Source: Candidatus Babelota bacterium
GTDB taxonomy: Bacteria; Babelota; Babeliae; Babelales; UASB340
Assembly: GCA_014730005.1 (NCBI GenBank)
Contig: WJIY01000017.1
Location: 8,800 to 72,799, forward strand
Direction of reading: 5' to 3'
DNA: 64,000 nucleotides
The notes beneath the pieces are model-generated. The model did not search any database. It saw only the letters and a program-made list of their open reading frames with translations, and was not told where the DNA came from. Positions within the stretch are counted from its first letter, which is position 1. Every line of letters begins with the position of its first letter. Shown piece after piece: positions 8,274 through 17,486 of the stretch. The position numbers and the translations under genes are program-made.

Positions 8274-9552
8274 AAAAATTTAATATAAACTGACAACCAA
8301 TTGTATTTGGATTTATAACTCTTTTGCCGGTAATAGGTAATTTATAAAAAAAACTTATTTGAGGTTTAAACCAAGACCCTTTAAATTCTTGGAAAAAATC
8401 ATAATTTAATTGAAAAATAAAATTCTGCATGGTCCATTCTTTTAAACTTTGAGCAGAATTAATAATGTTATAACTAAAATTGTTAGATTGAGCCACAAGT
8501 TTGTCGTCATCATGTTTTGCAAATTGATAAGCGATCATTGCAGAAATTCCACCTAAAAAACGTTGCGCTTGCACAAACAAATTAAACTTCCAAGCTATTC
8601 CGGCAGATCGCGTTGCAATCCCTTTATTTAAAATTAAATAATCAGTCTGATTTATATCTGTTTTTAATCTTCTTTCTTTAGTTTCATCAAACAAATATAA
8701 TAATTCAAATTCCAACCCAACTTTCATTTTATAAACAAAATCCAAATCCAAAGCCATTGCCGCCGGAATTCCCCATGCACCATCATTTCCCAAGGGTAAA
8801 CTAAAAGCTTTGTCTTCATCTTTTAAACTGCCTGAAGGAATCGATAAACCTAATCTTGCATGAACTCTCACATTTTTTAAATGTTCTTTTGCTTGCTTAA
8901 AATCTTTATACCACCAAAGCATCAAAACAATGTCACTCAACCCTGTTTTCTTCCAATCTCGCAAATCTGGTCCACCTAAATGTGTTACAACATTTTCCAA
9001 ATCATCTGTTAAATATTGATGAACATCTCTATCTGCACTTAAAACATTATTTGTCTGATCAATCCATTTTATTTGACCTATTTCCATATAACGAACAGGA
9101 ACATAAAAATATGCATCCAAAACACCTGAAAATACATCATTAATTTTATATTTTCCCCAAAATGTTAAATCTGCTCCTTCATATCTGCCATCAAGCTTAA
9201 AATGCCCCCGAACACCATCATCAGTTGCTGGACCATAAGCCGGCAACAATTTATTTGCTAATTGATATACTGCACTACCTTTTTCTGCTCCCATTAACAT
9301 TGCCAAACTAGATTCTGATACATTATAAAGACTTAAAATATTTGTTTTATCTTCACTAAAATTTCTTCCTCTATGTGTTCTGCCATATTCAAAATTTGCG
9401 CCCAATTTAAATCTCGTATTTGGCCAATCAGATACTCTTAAATTAATATCGTAAGGTCTATAAAAATTTGTCGGTGCAAAAGAAGCAAAAACAAATGTAC
9501 TAAAAAGTAAAAATGAACTAAAAATTAAAATATTTACTTTTTTTAAAATCAT
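8272..9552 (-). CDS. outer-membrane beta-barrel protein (porin-like), family not recognised
   Basis: Signal peptide ILIFSSFLLFSTFVFASFA. Alternating amphipathic strands rich in G/Y/F/W are present (FKLGANFEYG, LTFWGKYKINDVF, KVGLEFELLYLF, IAWKFNLFVQAQ). The C-terminus ends ...QFILNF, with the terminal Phe typical of a BAM beta-signal. Confidence 0.65.
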   Translation of the reverse strand: MILKKVNILIFSSFLLFSTFVFASFAPTNFYRPYDINLRVSDWPNTRFKLGANFEYGRTHRGRNFSEDKTNILSLYNVSESSLAMLMGAEKGSAVYQLANKLLPAYGPATDDGVRGHFKLDGRYEGADLTFWGKYKINDVFSGVLDAYFYVPVRYMEIGQIKWIDQTNNVLSADRDVHQYLTDDLENVVTHLGGPDLRDWKKTGLSDIVLMLWWYKDFKQAKEHLKNVRVHARLGLSIPSGSLKDEDKAFSLPLGNDGAWGIPAAMALDLDFVYKMKVGLEFELLYLFDETKERRLKTDINQTDYLILNKGIATRSAGIAWKFNLFVQAQRFLGGISAMIAYQFAKHDDDKLVAQSNNFSYNIINSAQSLKEWTMQNFIFQLNYDFFQEFKGSWFKPQISFFYKLPITGKRVINPNTIGCQFILNF

Positions 9553-9565
9553 CTAAATTCCTTCA

Positions 9566-12445
9566 TCATTCATTAACTCGTATTCCCCAATCACCTGGAA
9601 CAACCCATCCGCCTGAGGCAGTGTTACGAACAATTAAACCAATATTATAGGCACTATCTTCTAAATTTAAATTAATTACATTTTCCGATATTCTCATTGA
9701 ATTTTTATCAGAACCAATATTTATTTTTCTTAAAAAATCAACCTTACCCAAATGTTTAGGCAAAAGATTAAATGCAAAACTACCATCAACTTGTATATTA
9801 CTTCTTAATTGACCGATTGAATAAAAATAATCGGTCCCTCCAGGTTCTGCAATATGATTAATATTTCCATTCTCAATATCAAAACGATATATGTTAGCCA
9901 AATTTAAAGATAAATCTGCCGCCAATACATACAAATTACCGTTTATTGTAAAACCACCTTTTTGCACACCAAGGAAATTTAAATGAGAAATTGGACCTTC
10001 AAGATTGACACCCGGTCTTATTTGTACACTATTCCAAACAGGAACTTTATTCTCATCATTATCATTAATATCATCTGAATAAAATAATCCTGTAGTTGTT
10101 GCAACTAAAAGTCTTGTTTGATTTGCAGTATTATTTCTATAAATAATAAGCATATCCAATAATGCACCACTTGGAGGTGTAATATTTTTGTTTGCTAAAC
10201 TACCAACCGCAGCGGCATCTGCAAATTTTGCATTATCCATTTTAATTCTTGTAATGCTATCTGCATTCATAACATATAAAAATTTTGCATTACTTGTTCC
10301 ATCACAAATAATTTTACGAACTTGAAAAAAACTAGAACTATCATCTTTTTTTAATTCTTTAAAAGACCATGAACCATCTCCAGGAAAACCTGTATTGCTT
10401 AACTCTGTCAAATTATTCCATCCGCTTCCATCATTTTGTCTTAAAACAGCAAGGCCTTGATACCCACCAACAAATAACCATCCAGAATCTGCAGATACAG
10501 TTGACGGAATCCTTGAAACCTCAGAACAACAAATTGGACCAATATCTTTTATTACTTGATCTTCAAAGAAAAATACATTTGTATTTTCTACAAACTGACT
10601 TGTTGGTGTAAATGCATCAATTGTACCATTATCTAAATGCTTACCTGTTTCAATTATAGCGACCTTTTGATACCCCACAGCAACAAGCATTGAAAATCTA
10701 GTTCTTGTATTAAAACTTGGAGTAAATTCATCAAAATTCCAGGTCTGATGAACACCCACATTTTTTTGTTCAAAATTTTCATTTAACAATTCGACAAGAC
10801 CGTTTCCCATCAACCCCGTTTGTTCATCACTTTTTCCCCATTGAGTAACTTTAACAGTATTTTGTAAATCCAAAGCATTTTGATCGGTTAAATACCAAAA
10901 ATTTGCACTGACAGAATCAAGACCTGCACCATAAACTTTATCTGTACTACCCATGACTCTTTGCCATGGTGTCCATGCTCTTATTTTTCCATCTTGATCA
11001 AAAAGAGCAGTGCTTTTAAAAATTCCAGCTTCTTTATCAATATCATCTCGTGAACCATTTAAACAAACATATACAGAATCACCTACTACAAACATATCTA
11101 TGATATCACCTGCCGTAGGAATTGGAACACTACTGCCACCAACAAAAGCTGCAGAATCATTTGCTACTGTCATTTCATTTTCATTTGCAATAATATCTTC
11201 AAAATTTGCACTATTCTTATTAGCAACTTTCCCAATGTTTTCACTTGCAATATTAGTTTTTGAAGGAACCAAGGGCAATGCATAAATTTTATCATTTAAA
11301 CCCTGAGCACTTGCATTTACAATTAAATAATTAAAATTCGTACTAGTTTGCATTGTCCTAATTTTTCTAACTGATGCGCTCACATTTACAGTATTATTGG
11401 AATAAAAACCAAAAATATAATCTGTGCTATTTGCTGTAAACAAATTTTGATTTAAATTCACCGCAGGCTCAATAGTTAAAACATTGTTCTCAATTCGACC
11501 AACTAATAAAGAAACAGCTCCACCAGCATTGTTAACATCATCACGTTCTACTTGCGTTAATCCAATAAATAATCGTTGTAAATTTGAATCCCAATACATA
11601 TCACCCAAACCACCAACCTGCGCTGCTTGTGTTATTGCAATCAATTGATCCTGATCCAAATCTAATTTAAAAGCACTATTCCCAATCTGTTTTAAATTTT
11701 TATCATCCGAAGAAACATTTAATGTTGCAAATCCAGAATTAACTTCACCAAAATTTCCTCCATTTGGCGCTACTGCAGCAAAAATATTTGCAATTGATGC
11801 ACTCAATCCAACAACTGCCCGGGAATCATCACCATTTGCATCTTTAATTTTTACAGTGTTAGTTTTTATATAATTACCTGCATCTGCATCTTGAACCAAA
11901 CAAATTAATTGATTAGCATCAAAATCTACATTCAAAACTGTTCGTTGTTGGGATAATGTCACAACAGGATAGCGTCCCATTAATGTCAAATTTGTTACTC
12001 GATTATTATAAATAGGATTTAATCTTGTCACGATTTTTCCATCATTCATTTCATTGTTCAAATAAACATTTTGTGGTGCTAATGCTGCAAAAGCTACAAC
12101 ATTTTTTTCTTGTGAAGAATCATAATTTAAATATGCACGCATTAATGCAGAGCTATTAACTAAACCTCCATAATTGGGATCTGCACCTAAAAAGAAATAA
12201 TTTGCAGAATAAAAATAAGTTTTATCAAACATAATATCAGAAGGCATGAAAATACTTCTAATATTTTCTTTGTTATATTTTTCGACTAATTCTGGACCAA
12301 ATAATAATTCAAAAAATTGCCTTTTTTCATCTTCATCTTTAGGTACTTCATGAGCAATAACACCAAAGCCACTGGTCGCCGCAAAAATTTGCGAAGAAAA
12401 TAACACCCAAATAATTGAATATAAAAGTAATGATTTAATTTTCAT
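9566..12445 (-). CDS. large secreted protein (959 aa), unknown family, probably beta-rich
   Basis: Signal peptide LLLYSIIWVLFSSQIFA|ATSG. The protein has no TM segments and is rich in N/G/S/T/V. Turn motifs such as RQNDGSGW, GDGSWSF and GLFYSDD loosely recall propeller blades. No confident family assignment. Confidence 0.6.
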   Translation of the reverse strand: MKIKSLLLYSIIWVLFSSQIFAATSGFGVIAHEVPKDEDEKRQFFELLFGPELVEKYNKENIRSIFMPSDIMFDKTYFYSANYFFLGADPNYGGLVNSSALMRAYLNYDSSQEKNVVAFAALAPQNVYLNNEMNDGKIVTRLNPIYNNRVTNLTLMGRYPVVTLSQQRTVLNVDFDANQLICLVQDADAGNYIKTNTVKIKDANGDDSRAVVGLSASIANIFAAVAPNGGNFGEVNSGFATLNVSSDDKNLKQIGNSAFKLDLDQDQLIAITQAAQVGGLGDMYWDSNLQRLFIGLTQVERDDVNNAGGAVSLLVGRIENNVLTIEPAVNLNQNLFTANSTDYIFGFYSNNTVNVSASVRKIRTMQTSTNFNYLIVNASAQGLNDKIYALPLVPSKTNIASENIGKVANKNSANFEDIIANENEMTVANDSAAFVGGSSVPIPTAGDIIDMFVVGDSVYVCLNGSRDDIDKEAGIFKSTALFDQDGKIRAWTPWQRVMGSTDKVYGAGLDSVSANFWYLTDQNALDLQNTVKVTQWGKSDEQTGLMGNGLVELLNENFEQKNVGVHQTWNFDEFTPSFNTRTRFSMLVAVGYQKVAIIETGKHLDNGTIDAFTPTSQFVENTNVFFFEDQVIKDIGPICCSEVSRIPSTVSADSGWLFVGGYQGLAVLRQNDGSGWNNLTELSNTGFPGDGSWSFKELKKDDSSSFFQVRKIICDGTSNAKFLYVMNADSITRIKMDNAKFADAAAVGSLANKNITPPSGALLDMLIIYRNNTANQTRLLVATTTGLFYSDDINDNDENKVPVWNSVQIRPGVNLEGPISHLNFLGVQKGGFTINGNLYVLAADLSLNLANIYRFDIENGNINHIAEPGGTDYFYSIGQLRSNIQVDGSFAFNLLPKHLGKVDFLRKINIGSDKNSMRISENVINLNLEDSAYNIGLIVRNTASGGWVVPGDWGIRVNE

Positions 12446-12517
12446 AACTCTCCTGCTTGTTTTAAATAAAAAACTTTAGAAACCTATTTTACGCATTTTT
12501 AAAAAAAGATCATCTCT

Positions 12518-14086
12518 TTATTTAGACAAAAAATATAGCTTTATTCCAAAGAATTTTCTAGTTAAAAAAATAAGTAATCCCATAAAAACAAATAATGGTA
12601 AAACAATTAACCAATATCCCCAACTATGAAAAAACAAACTAAAATAAATAGTTTTTCCCAAATAATCAAAAATAGTAAAATAAGAAATAAGAAATAATAT
12701 TGTCGCTAAAAAAATCTGTATTAAATATCTACCTAAAAAATTAAAAAAATTTGCTGAATAAAATCTGAAACCATATTTATTTTTCAAAAACAAAAGGAGC
12801 AAAAAGGTTAATGTAATACCTGATAAACTTGTTGAAGCAACAATTCCAAAAATACCCCAAATTTTCATCCCTATAACATTACAAACAAAATTTATCATCG
12901 AAGAAATTGATAATGCAATGGTAGGGGTAATTGTATCATGTACCGAATAAAAAATATTTACTAAAATTTTGTTCAAACAAAAAAACACTAAACCCAAAGA
13001 ATAAATAATTAAAAGCCATTTTGCTATAAAAATCTGGTCTACTGACGCCTTTCCTTTTAACATAACCATAGAAAAAATAGGTTCTGAAATAAAAATTAAA
13101 AACAACATTGTAGGAATAATTAAAAAAGAAACAAATTTGGTAACCTCTAATATATAAAAATTTAATCTTTTAGGTGCATATGTTACTAATCTAGAAAATT
13201 GAGGCAACAAAACGGTTGCAAAACCTACCGCAAAAACACCTATCGGAATATTCATAAATCTACCGCTATATTCAATTAAAGATACAGATCCAACAGGTAA
13301 AAAAGAAGCAATAATACAATCTATAAATAAATTTATCTCAACAATACTTACACCAAACAATGTTGGCAAAAACCTTTTTAAAATAGTTTTAAAAGCTTGT
13401 TTTGCTTTATAATTAATCACACCAAAGGTGAAGTTATACTTTAAGTATGCAACAAAATGCATTAAAAAATTAAAAAAACCTCCTAATAAAATACCTACAC
13501 ACAAAAATAAAACAGACAAATTAAATTTTAAACAAAATAAAAGTGAACCAACAAAAAAAATATTCATCACAACGGGACCAAATGCAGGAATAAAAAAATG
13601 ATTTACTGAATTCAAAGCTCCTGCAAATAATGCGCTACTTGATATGAAAAAAATTATTGGAAACAAAATACGTAAAAAAGGGACAGCATATTGAATTTGT
13701 TCTGATGAAAATCCAGGTGCTATTATTTTTAAAATCAAATGAGGAAAAATACAAACAAACAAACAAAGACAAAATACAATACCTTCAAAAAATAAAAACG
13801 ATAAACTCATCAAGCCATTAGCATCTCTAAATTCGCCCTTTTTCACCTTTCGTACAAAAACAGGAACAAATGCAGCAGCTAGAGCTCCTTCTGCAAAAAT
13901 ACGACGTAAAAAATGAGGAATTTTAAATGCCATAATGAATGCATCTGCAACAGCGCCTACACCTAAAAATCTAGCCCTTAATAATTCACGCGCAATTCCT
14001 AAAAACCTACTAATTAAAGTTGCGCCTCCAAACTGTGCTGTTTTTTTTAAAATAGATCGTTTATCTAGTTGAGAATTCATAATCAA
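12518..14086 (-). CDS. murJ: lipid II flippase MurJ (MviN)
   Basis: N-terminus TLISRFLGIARELLRARFLGVGAVADAFIMAFKIPHFLRRIFAEGALAAAFVPVF is the classic MurJ signature. The protein is 522 aa and polytopic. Confidence 0.9.
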   Translation of the reverse strand: MIMNSQLDKRSILKKTAQFGGATLISRFLGIARELLRARFLGVGAVADAFIMAFKIPHFLRRIFAEGALAAAFVPVFVRKVKKGEFRDANGLMSLSFLFFEGIVFCLCLFVCIFPHLILKIIAPGFSSEQIQYAVPFLRILFPIIFFISSSALFAGALNSVNHFFIPAFGPVVMNIFFVGSLLFCLKFNLSVLFLCVGILLGGFFNFLMHFVAYLKYNFTFGVINYKAKQAFKTILKRFLPTLFGVSIVEINLFIDCIIASFLPVGSVSLIEYSGRFMNIPIGVFAVGFATVLLPQFSRLVTYAPKRLNFYILEVTKFVSFLIIPTMLFLIFISEPIFSMVMLKGKASVDQIFIAKWLLIIYSLGLVFFCLNKILVNIFYSVHDTITPTIALSISSMINFVCNVIGMKIWGIFGIVASTSLSGITLTFLLLLFLKNKYGFRFYSANFFNFLGRYLIQIFLATILFLISYFTIFDYLGKTIYFSLFFHSWGYWLIVLPLFVFMGLLIFLTRKFFGIKLYFLSK

Positions 14087-14135
14087 CCTTGTTTTTTATG
14101 TAAATAGCTACCAAATATTTAATTGTTTTGGAATT

Positions 14136-14900
14136 TTATTGTACAAGATTTTCAAGTTTTAGAATACCTTCATTTAATCTATACACATGATTCATTTTTT
14201 TATAAACAGCCTTATCATGAGTACAAATTATAAGGCCCATACCCCATTCTTTTTGACAATTTATTAACAAATCAACTATCCCTTGGGCATTTTGTGCATC
14301 CAAATCTCCTGTAGGCTCATCTGCTAGTAAAAATGATGGTTTATTAAAAATTGCACGCAAAATCGCAACTCTTTGTTGTTGGCCTCCTGAAAGTTCTGTT
14401 GGATAGCTATTTATTTTTTCAAACATTCCAACTTTTTTTAGTAAATCTTTTGCTCTGTTGATACATTTAATTCTTTGATCACCCTTAATTAAACCCATTA
14501 AAATTATATTCTCTAATACATTTAATTCTTTGATCAAATGATGAAATTGAAAAACAAATCCTAATTTAGTATTTAAAAATTTTTCTTTTTCTAATATTGT
14601 AAATTTAAAGATATCTTGATTATCAAAAAGCACACTACCAGAAGTTGGATAATCCAATCCTCCGAGCAAATGCATCAACGTCGATTTACCACTACCAGAT
14701 ACTCCTATTATTGCATAGGTTTTTCCCTGTTCAAAACTAACATTTATCCCCTTTAAAACACTTAATTCTTTTTGTGAAAAATCGATATAAAAATTTTTAA
14801 ACAAATCTTTACCAACAAGATACGACATAACATTCCTTATATTTTTTAAAAATTTGTCTATAATGCTGTAAAATCCAAAATCATGAAGATCATTTACCAT
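14136..14900 (-). CDS. lolD: ABC transporter ATP-binding protein, LolD/FtsE-like
   Basis: Walker A GVSGSGKST, FQFHHLIKELNVLENI, signature LSGGQQQRVAILRA and Walker B LLADEPTGDLD are present. The true start may be the internal Met (MSYLVGKDLF, about nt 14828). Confidence 0.7.
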   Translation of the reverse strand: MVNDLHDFGFYSIIDKFLKNIRNVMSYLVGKDLFKNFYIDFSQKELSVLKGINVSFEQGKTYAIIGVSGSGKSTLMHLLGGLDYPTSGSVLFDNQDIFKFTILEKEKFLNTKLGFVFQFHHLIKELNVLENIILMGLIKGDQRIKCINRAKDLLKKVGMFEKINSYPTELSGGQQQRVAILRAIFNKPSFLLADEPTGDLDAQNAQGIVDLLINCQKEWGMGLIICTHDKAVYKKMNHVYRLNEGILKLENLVQ

Positions 14901-14970
14901 ATTATTGCATCATACCTAAATGATTTTTTATATTACGAATGTAAATATTGCAAGGGGACCATAAATATGG

Positions 14971-14975
14971 GGAGG
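14971..14975 (+). promoter_or_regulatory. Shine-Dalgarno GGAGG for lon
   Basis: The sequence reads ggagggtagaacATG, with 7-nt spacing to the ATG at 14983. Confidence 0.5.
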
Positions 14976-14982
14976 GTAGAAC

Positions 14983-17337
14983 ATGGAAAATTCCAATCGC
15001 AATAATCCTTTAGAACAAACACCCGAAAATCTTCCGGTAATACCTACTATTGATGTAGTAGTTTTTCCTAATATGGTTGTGCCACTATTAATTCTTGATG
15101 AAAAGATAATTAATGGTATAAACCAAGCTATGGAAGGATCAAAAAAAATTTTATTATTATCAGCTAAGCAACAAAGTGAAGGTTATAACGGACCAATTGG
15201 TATTCAAGATTTACATAAAATTGGAACAATTGCTACAGTTATGCGAGTTATGAATCTTCCAGAAGGGGGAATTAAAATATTAACACAAGGGTTAAGTAGA
15301 GCCGAAGTTGAAGAATTATCATCAGATAAAGACTATTTAAGCGCAAAAATAAAACCAATCAATTTTGACACACAAAATGTTAAAAAAGAAGAAATTGAAA
15401 CAAAGATTAAAAATATTATTAATGTAGTTGAAAAATTAAGCTCAACAGGAAAAATATTTGGCCCAGATTTTCAAGTACTTCTATCTCAGATAAATGATTC
15501 TGAAAGAATAGCTGAATTTATTATTTCTCATTTAAATTTAAATGTTCAAGCTGCTCAAAATCTTTTGGAACAAACAAACATATCGGATTTATTAACTAAA
15601 ATAGAAGAAAATCTTCAAAATGAAATCGAAATTTCCTCGGTACAAGATGCAATACAAAACAATACACGTGAATCAATTAATAAAACACAACGTGAGTTTT
15701 TTCTTAGAGAACAACTGAAAGCTATTCAAAAAGAATTGGGAGACGATCTTGAATCTGATTTAGAGGAAATGAAAATAAAACTAACGAATTTACCATTAAG
15801 TGAAGAAGCAAAAGCTGAAGCAACAAGGCAAATCCGTAGGTTAGAAAGAACATCTCCTGATTCCATGGAATCAACAGTTTTGAGAAATCATATAGAATGG
15901 ATTTTAGCTCTTCCATGGGGCATTTATACTAAAGATAATATTGACATAAAAAAAGCAAAACAAGTTTTAGACAATGATCATCATGGATTAGAAATAATAA
16001 AGGATCGAATCTTAGATTTTCTTTCAGTTCGAGCGATAAAAAACGATTGTGATACTCCAATTTTATGTTTTGCTGGTCCGCCAGGAGTAGGCAAAACTTC
16101 ACTTGGAAAATCAATTGCTAAATGTTTAGGTAGAAAATTTTTCAGATTATCTTTGGGTGGAGTACATGATGAATCCGAAATTCGAGGACATAGAAGAACA
16201 TATGTAGGTGCATTACCTGGAAGATTTATTCAAGCGATAAAAAATTCAGGTAGCTGCAACCCTTTAATAATGATCGATGAAATAGATAAAATTGGATCCT
16301 CTCAAAGAGGTGATCCTTCAGCTGCTTTATTAGAAGTTTTAGATCCAGAACAAAATTTTTCTTTTTATGATAATTATTTAGGAATTCATTTTGATCTATC
16401 AAAAATTTTATTTATAACTACAGCAAATGATCTTTCTAGTATTCCTGGGCCATTAAGAGATCGAATGGAAATTATACAACTTCCTGGATACACACATGAA
16501 GATAAAATATCTATCGCACAAAAACATCTTATTCCTAAAGCTATATCAAAATCAGGACTTGAAGAAAAAGGTTTTAGTGTAAATGAAGATGTATTAAGTG
16601 ATGTTATAATAGGATACACTAGAGAATCAGGCGTTAGAGAGTTAGAAAGATTTATATATAAACTCTGTTCTAAGTTTGCGCGATCATTAGTTGAAGATAA
16701 AAAAACAACTCAATTTAATATAAAAAATTTACATAAACATCTTGGACCAAAAAGAATACATGACAGTGACAGTATTCATGAAAATCAAATTGGCATAACA
16801 AATGGACTTGCATGGACACCATATGGCGGTGAAGTTTTACAAGTTGAAGCAGTTTTAATGCGAGGAAATGGAAAATTGATTTTAACGGGTCAACTGGGCG
16901 AAGTTATGAAAGAATCTGCACAAGCAGCTGTAACTTATGCAAAAGCGCATTCAAAAACATTTGGTATCGATGAAGAATTGTTTGAAAAATATGACTTACA
17001 TATTCACTTACCAGCCGGCGCAATTCCAAAAGATGGACCATCTGCAGGAATTACTCTTCTTTCTTCAGTTTTATCTGCTTTTACAAATCGAGCTGTTAAC
17101 TGTGAATTTGCAATGACAGGTGAACTTAATTTGCACGGCAATATCTTACCGATTGGTGGCTTAAAAGAAAAAATACTCGCTGCTAAAAGAAAAGGATTAA
17201 AAAACATAATTATACCTAAATCTAATAAAAACGATTTAACAGAAGAAGATTCAAAATTGTATGAAGGACTAAATGTTTTTTGGGTAGAAAACGTTAAAGA
17301 TGTGCTGGATAAAGTTTTATTGCCATTGCGAAAATAA
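14983..17337 (+). CDS. lon: ATP-dependent Lon protease
   Basis: LON N-domain (LPVIPTIDVVVFPNMVVPLLI), AAA+ Walker A GPPGVGKTS and the catalytic region PKDGPSAGITLLSS are present. 784 aa. Confidence 0.97.
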   Translation: MENSNRNNPLEQTPENLPVIPTIDVVVFPNMVVPLLILDEKIINGINQAMEGSKKILLLSAKQQSEGYNGPIGIQDLHKIGTIATVMRVMNLPEGGIKILTQGLSRAEVEELSSDKDYLSAKIKPINFDTQNVKKEEIETKIKNIINVVEKLSSTGKIFGPDFQVLLSQINDSERIAEFIISHLNLNVQAAQNLLEQTNISDLLTKIEENLQNEIEISSVQDAIQNNTRESINKTQREFFLREQLKAIQKELGDDLESDLEEMKIKLTNLPLSEEAKAEATRQIRRLERTSPDSMESTVLRNHIEWILALPWGIYTKDNIDIKKAKQVLDNDHHGLEIIKDRILDFLSVRAIKNDCDTPILCFAGPPGVGKTSLGKSIAKCLGRKFFRLSLGGVHDESEIRGHRRTYVGALPGRFIQAIKNSGSCNPLIMIDEIDKIGSSQRGDPSAALLEVLDPEQNFSFYDNYLGIHFDLSKILFITTANDLSSIPGPLRDRMEIIQLPGYTHEDKISIAQKHLIPKAISKSGLEEKGFSVNEDVLSDVIIGYTRESGVRELERFIYKLCSKFARSLVEDKKTTQFNIKNLHKHLGPKRIHDSDSIHENQIGITNGLAWTPYGGEVLQVEAVLMRGNGKLILTGQLGEVMKESAQAAVTYAKAHSKTFGIDEELFEKYDLHIHLPAGAIPKDGPSAGITLLSSVLSAFTNRAVNCEFAMTGELNLHGNILPIGGLKEKILAAKRKGLKNIIIPKSNKNDLTEEDSKLYEGLNVFWVENVKDVLDKVLLPLRK

Positions 17338-17380
17338 ATCAATTGCTTTAACAAAAAACTTTAAATCACATAAATTGTAA

Positions 17381-17416
17381 ATAGACGAAATATTAAAAAT
17401 TTCGTCTATTTTTTTA
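17381..17416 (+). terminator. rho-independent terminator downstream of lon
   Basis: Stem atagacgaaat (17381-17391) pairs with atttcgtctat (17399-17409). The loop is 7 nt and a T7 run follows. Confidence 0.7.
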
Positions 17417-17486
17417 ACTAAAACTTGTGCTTTCATATTTTTATTAATTAAAATAACTTTAATTCATATAATGATTAGGAACGCAA

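Noticed and set aside
8261-8296. Upstream start for the 183-aa ORF that overlaps the OMP gene by 25 nt
   Set aside because: The ATG at 8260 is preceded by AAGGAG at ideal spacing and yields a normal signal peptide. The longer form puts 12 charged or odd residues ahead of it.
10369-11285. + strand ORFs of 80 and 91 aa inside the 959-aa gene
   Set aside because: These are antisense to a long, uninterrupted signal-peptide-bearing ORF. The same reasoning rejects the short antisense or alternative-frame ORFs at 2577-2768, 2907-3098, 3221-3403, 3886-4089, 15722-16114, 16386-16619, 17004-17354, 19173-19412, 20820-21275, 21778-22134, 24386-24676, 25224-25433, 25701-25910, 27668-27883, 28145-28381 and 30203-30385. 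It also rejects those at 30542-30730, 30718-30921, 35223-35468, 35916-36137, 38155-38367, 40889-41152, 42872-43141, 43406-43600, 43733-43960, 46664-46882, 48637-48855, 49738-49947 and 52300-52518. Finally it rejects those at 54315-54512, 55588-55884, 56364-56555, 58113-58370, 59046-59243, 60173-60403, 61412-61612, 61633-61860 and 61988-62224.
17467-17472. TATAAT hexamer upstream of the PfkB kinase gene as a -10 promoter element
   Set aside because: It lies only 14 nt from the ATG and would place the transcription start on top of the RBS. In a genome this AT-rich such hexamers occur by chance. I did not report promoter hexamers elsewhere, for the same reason.
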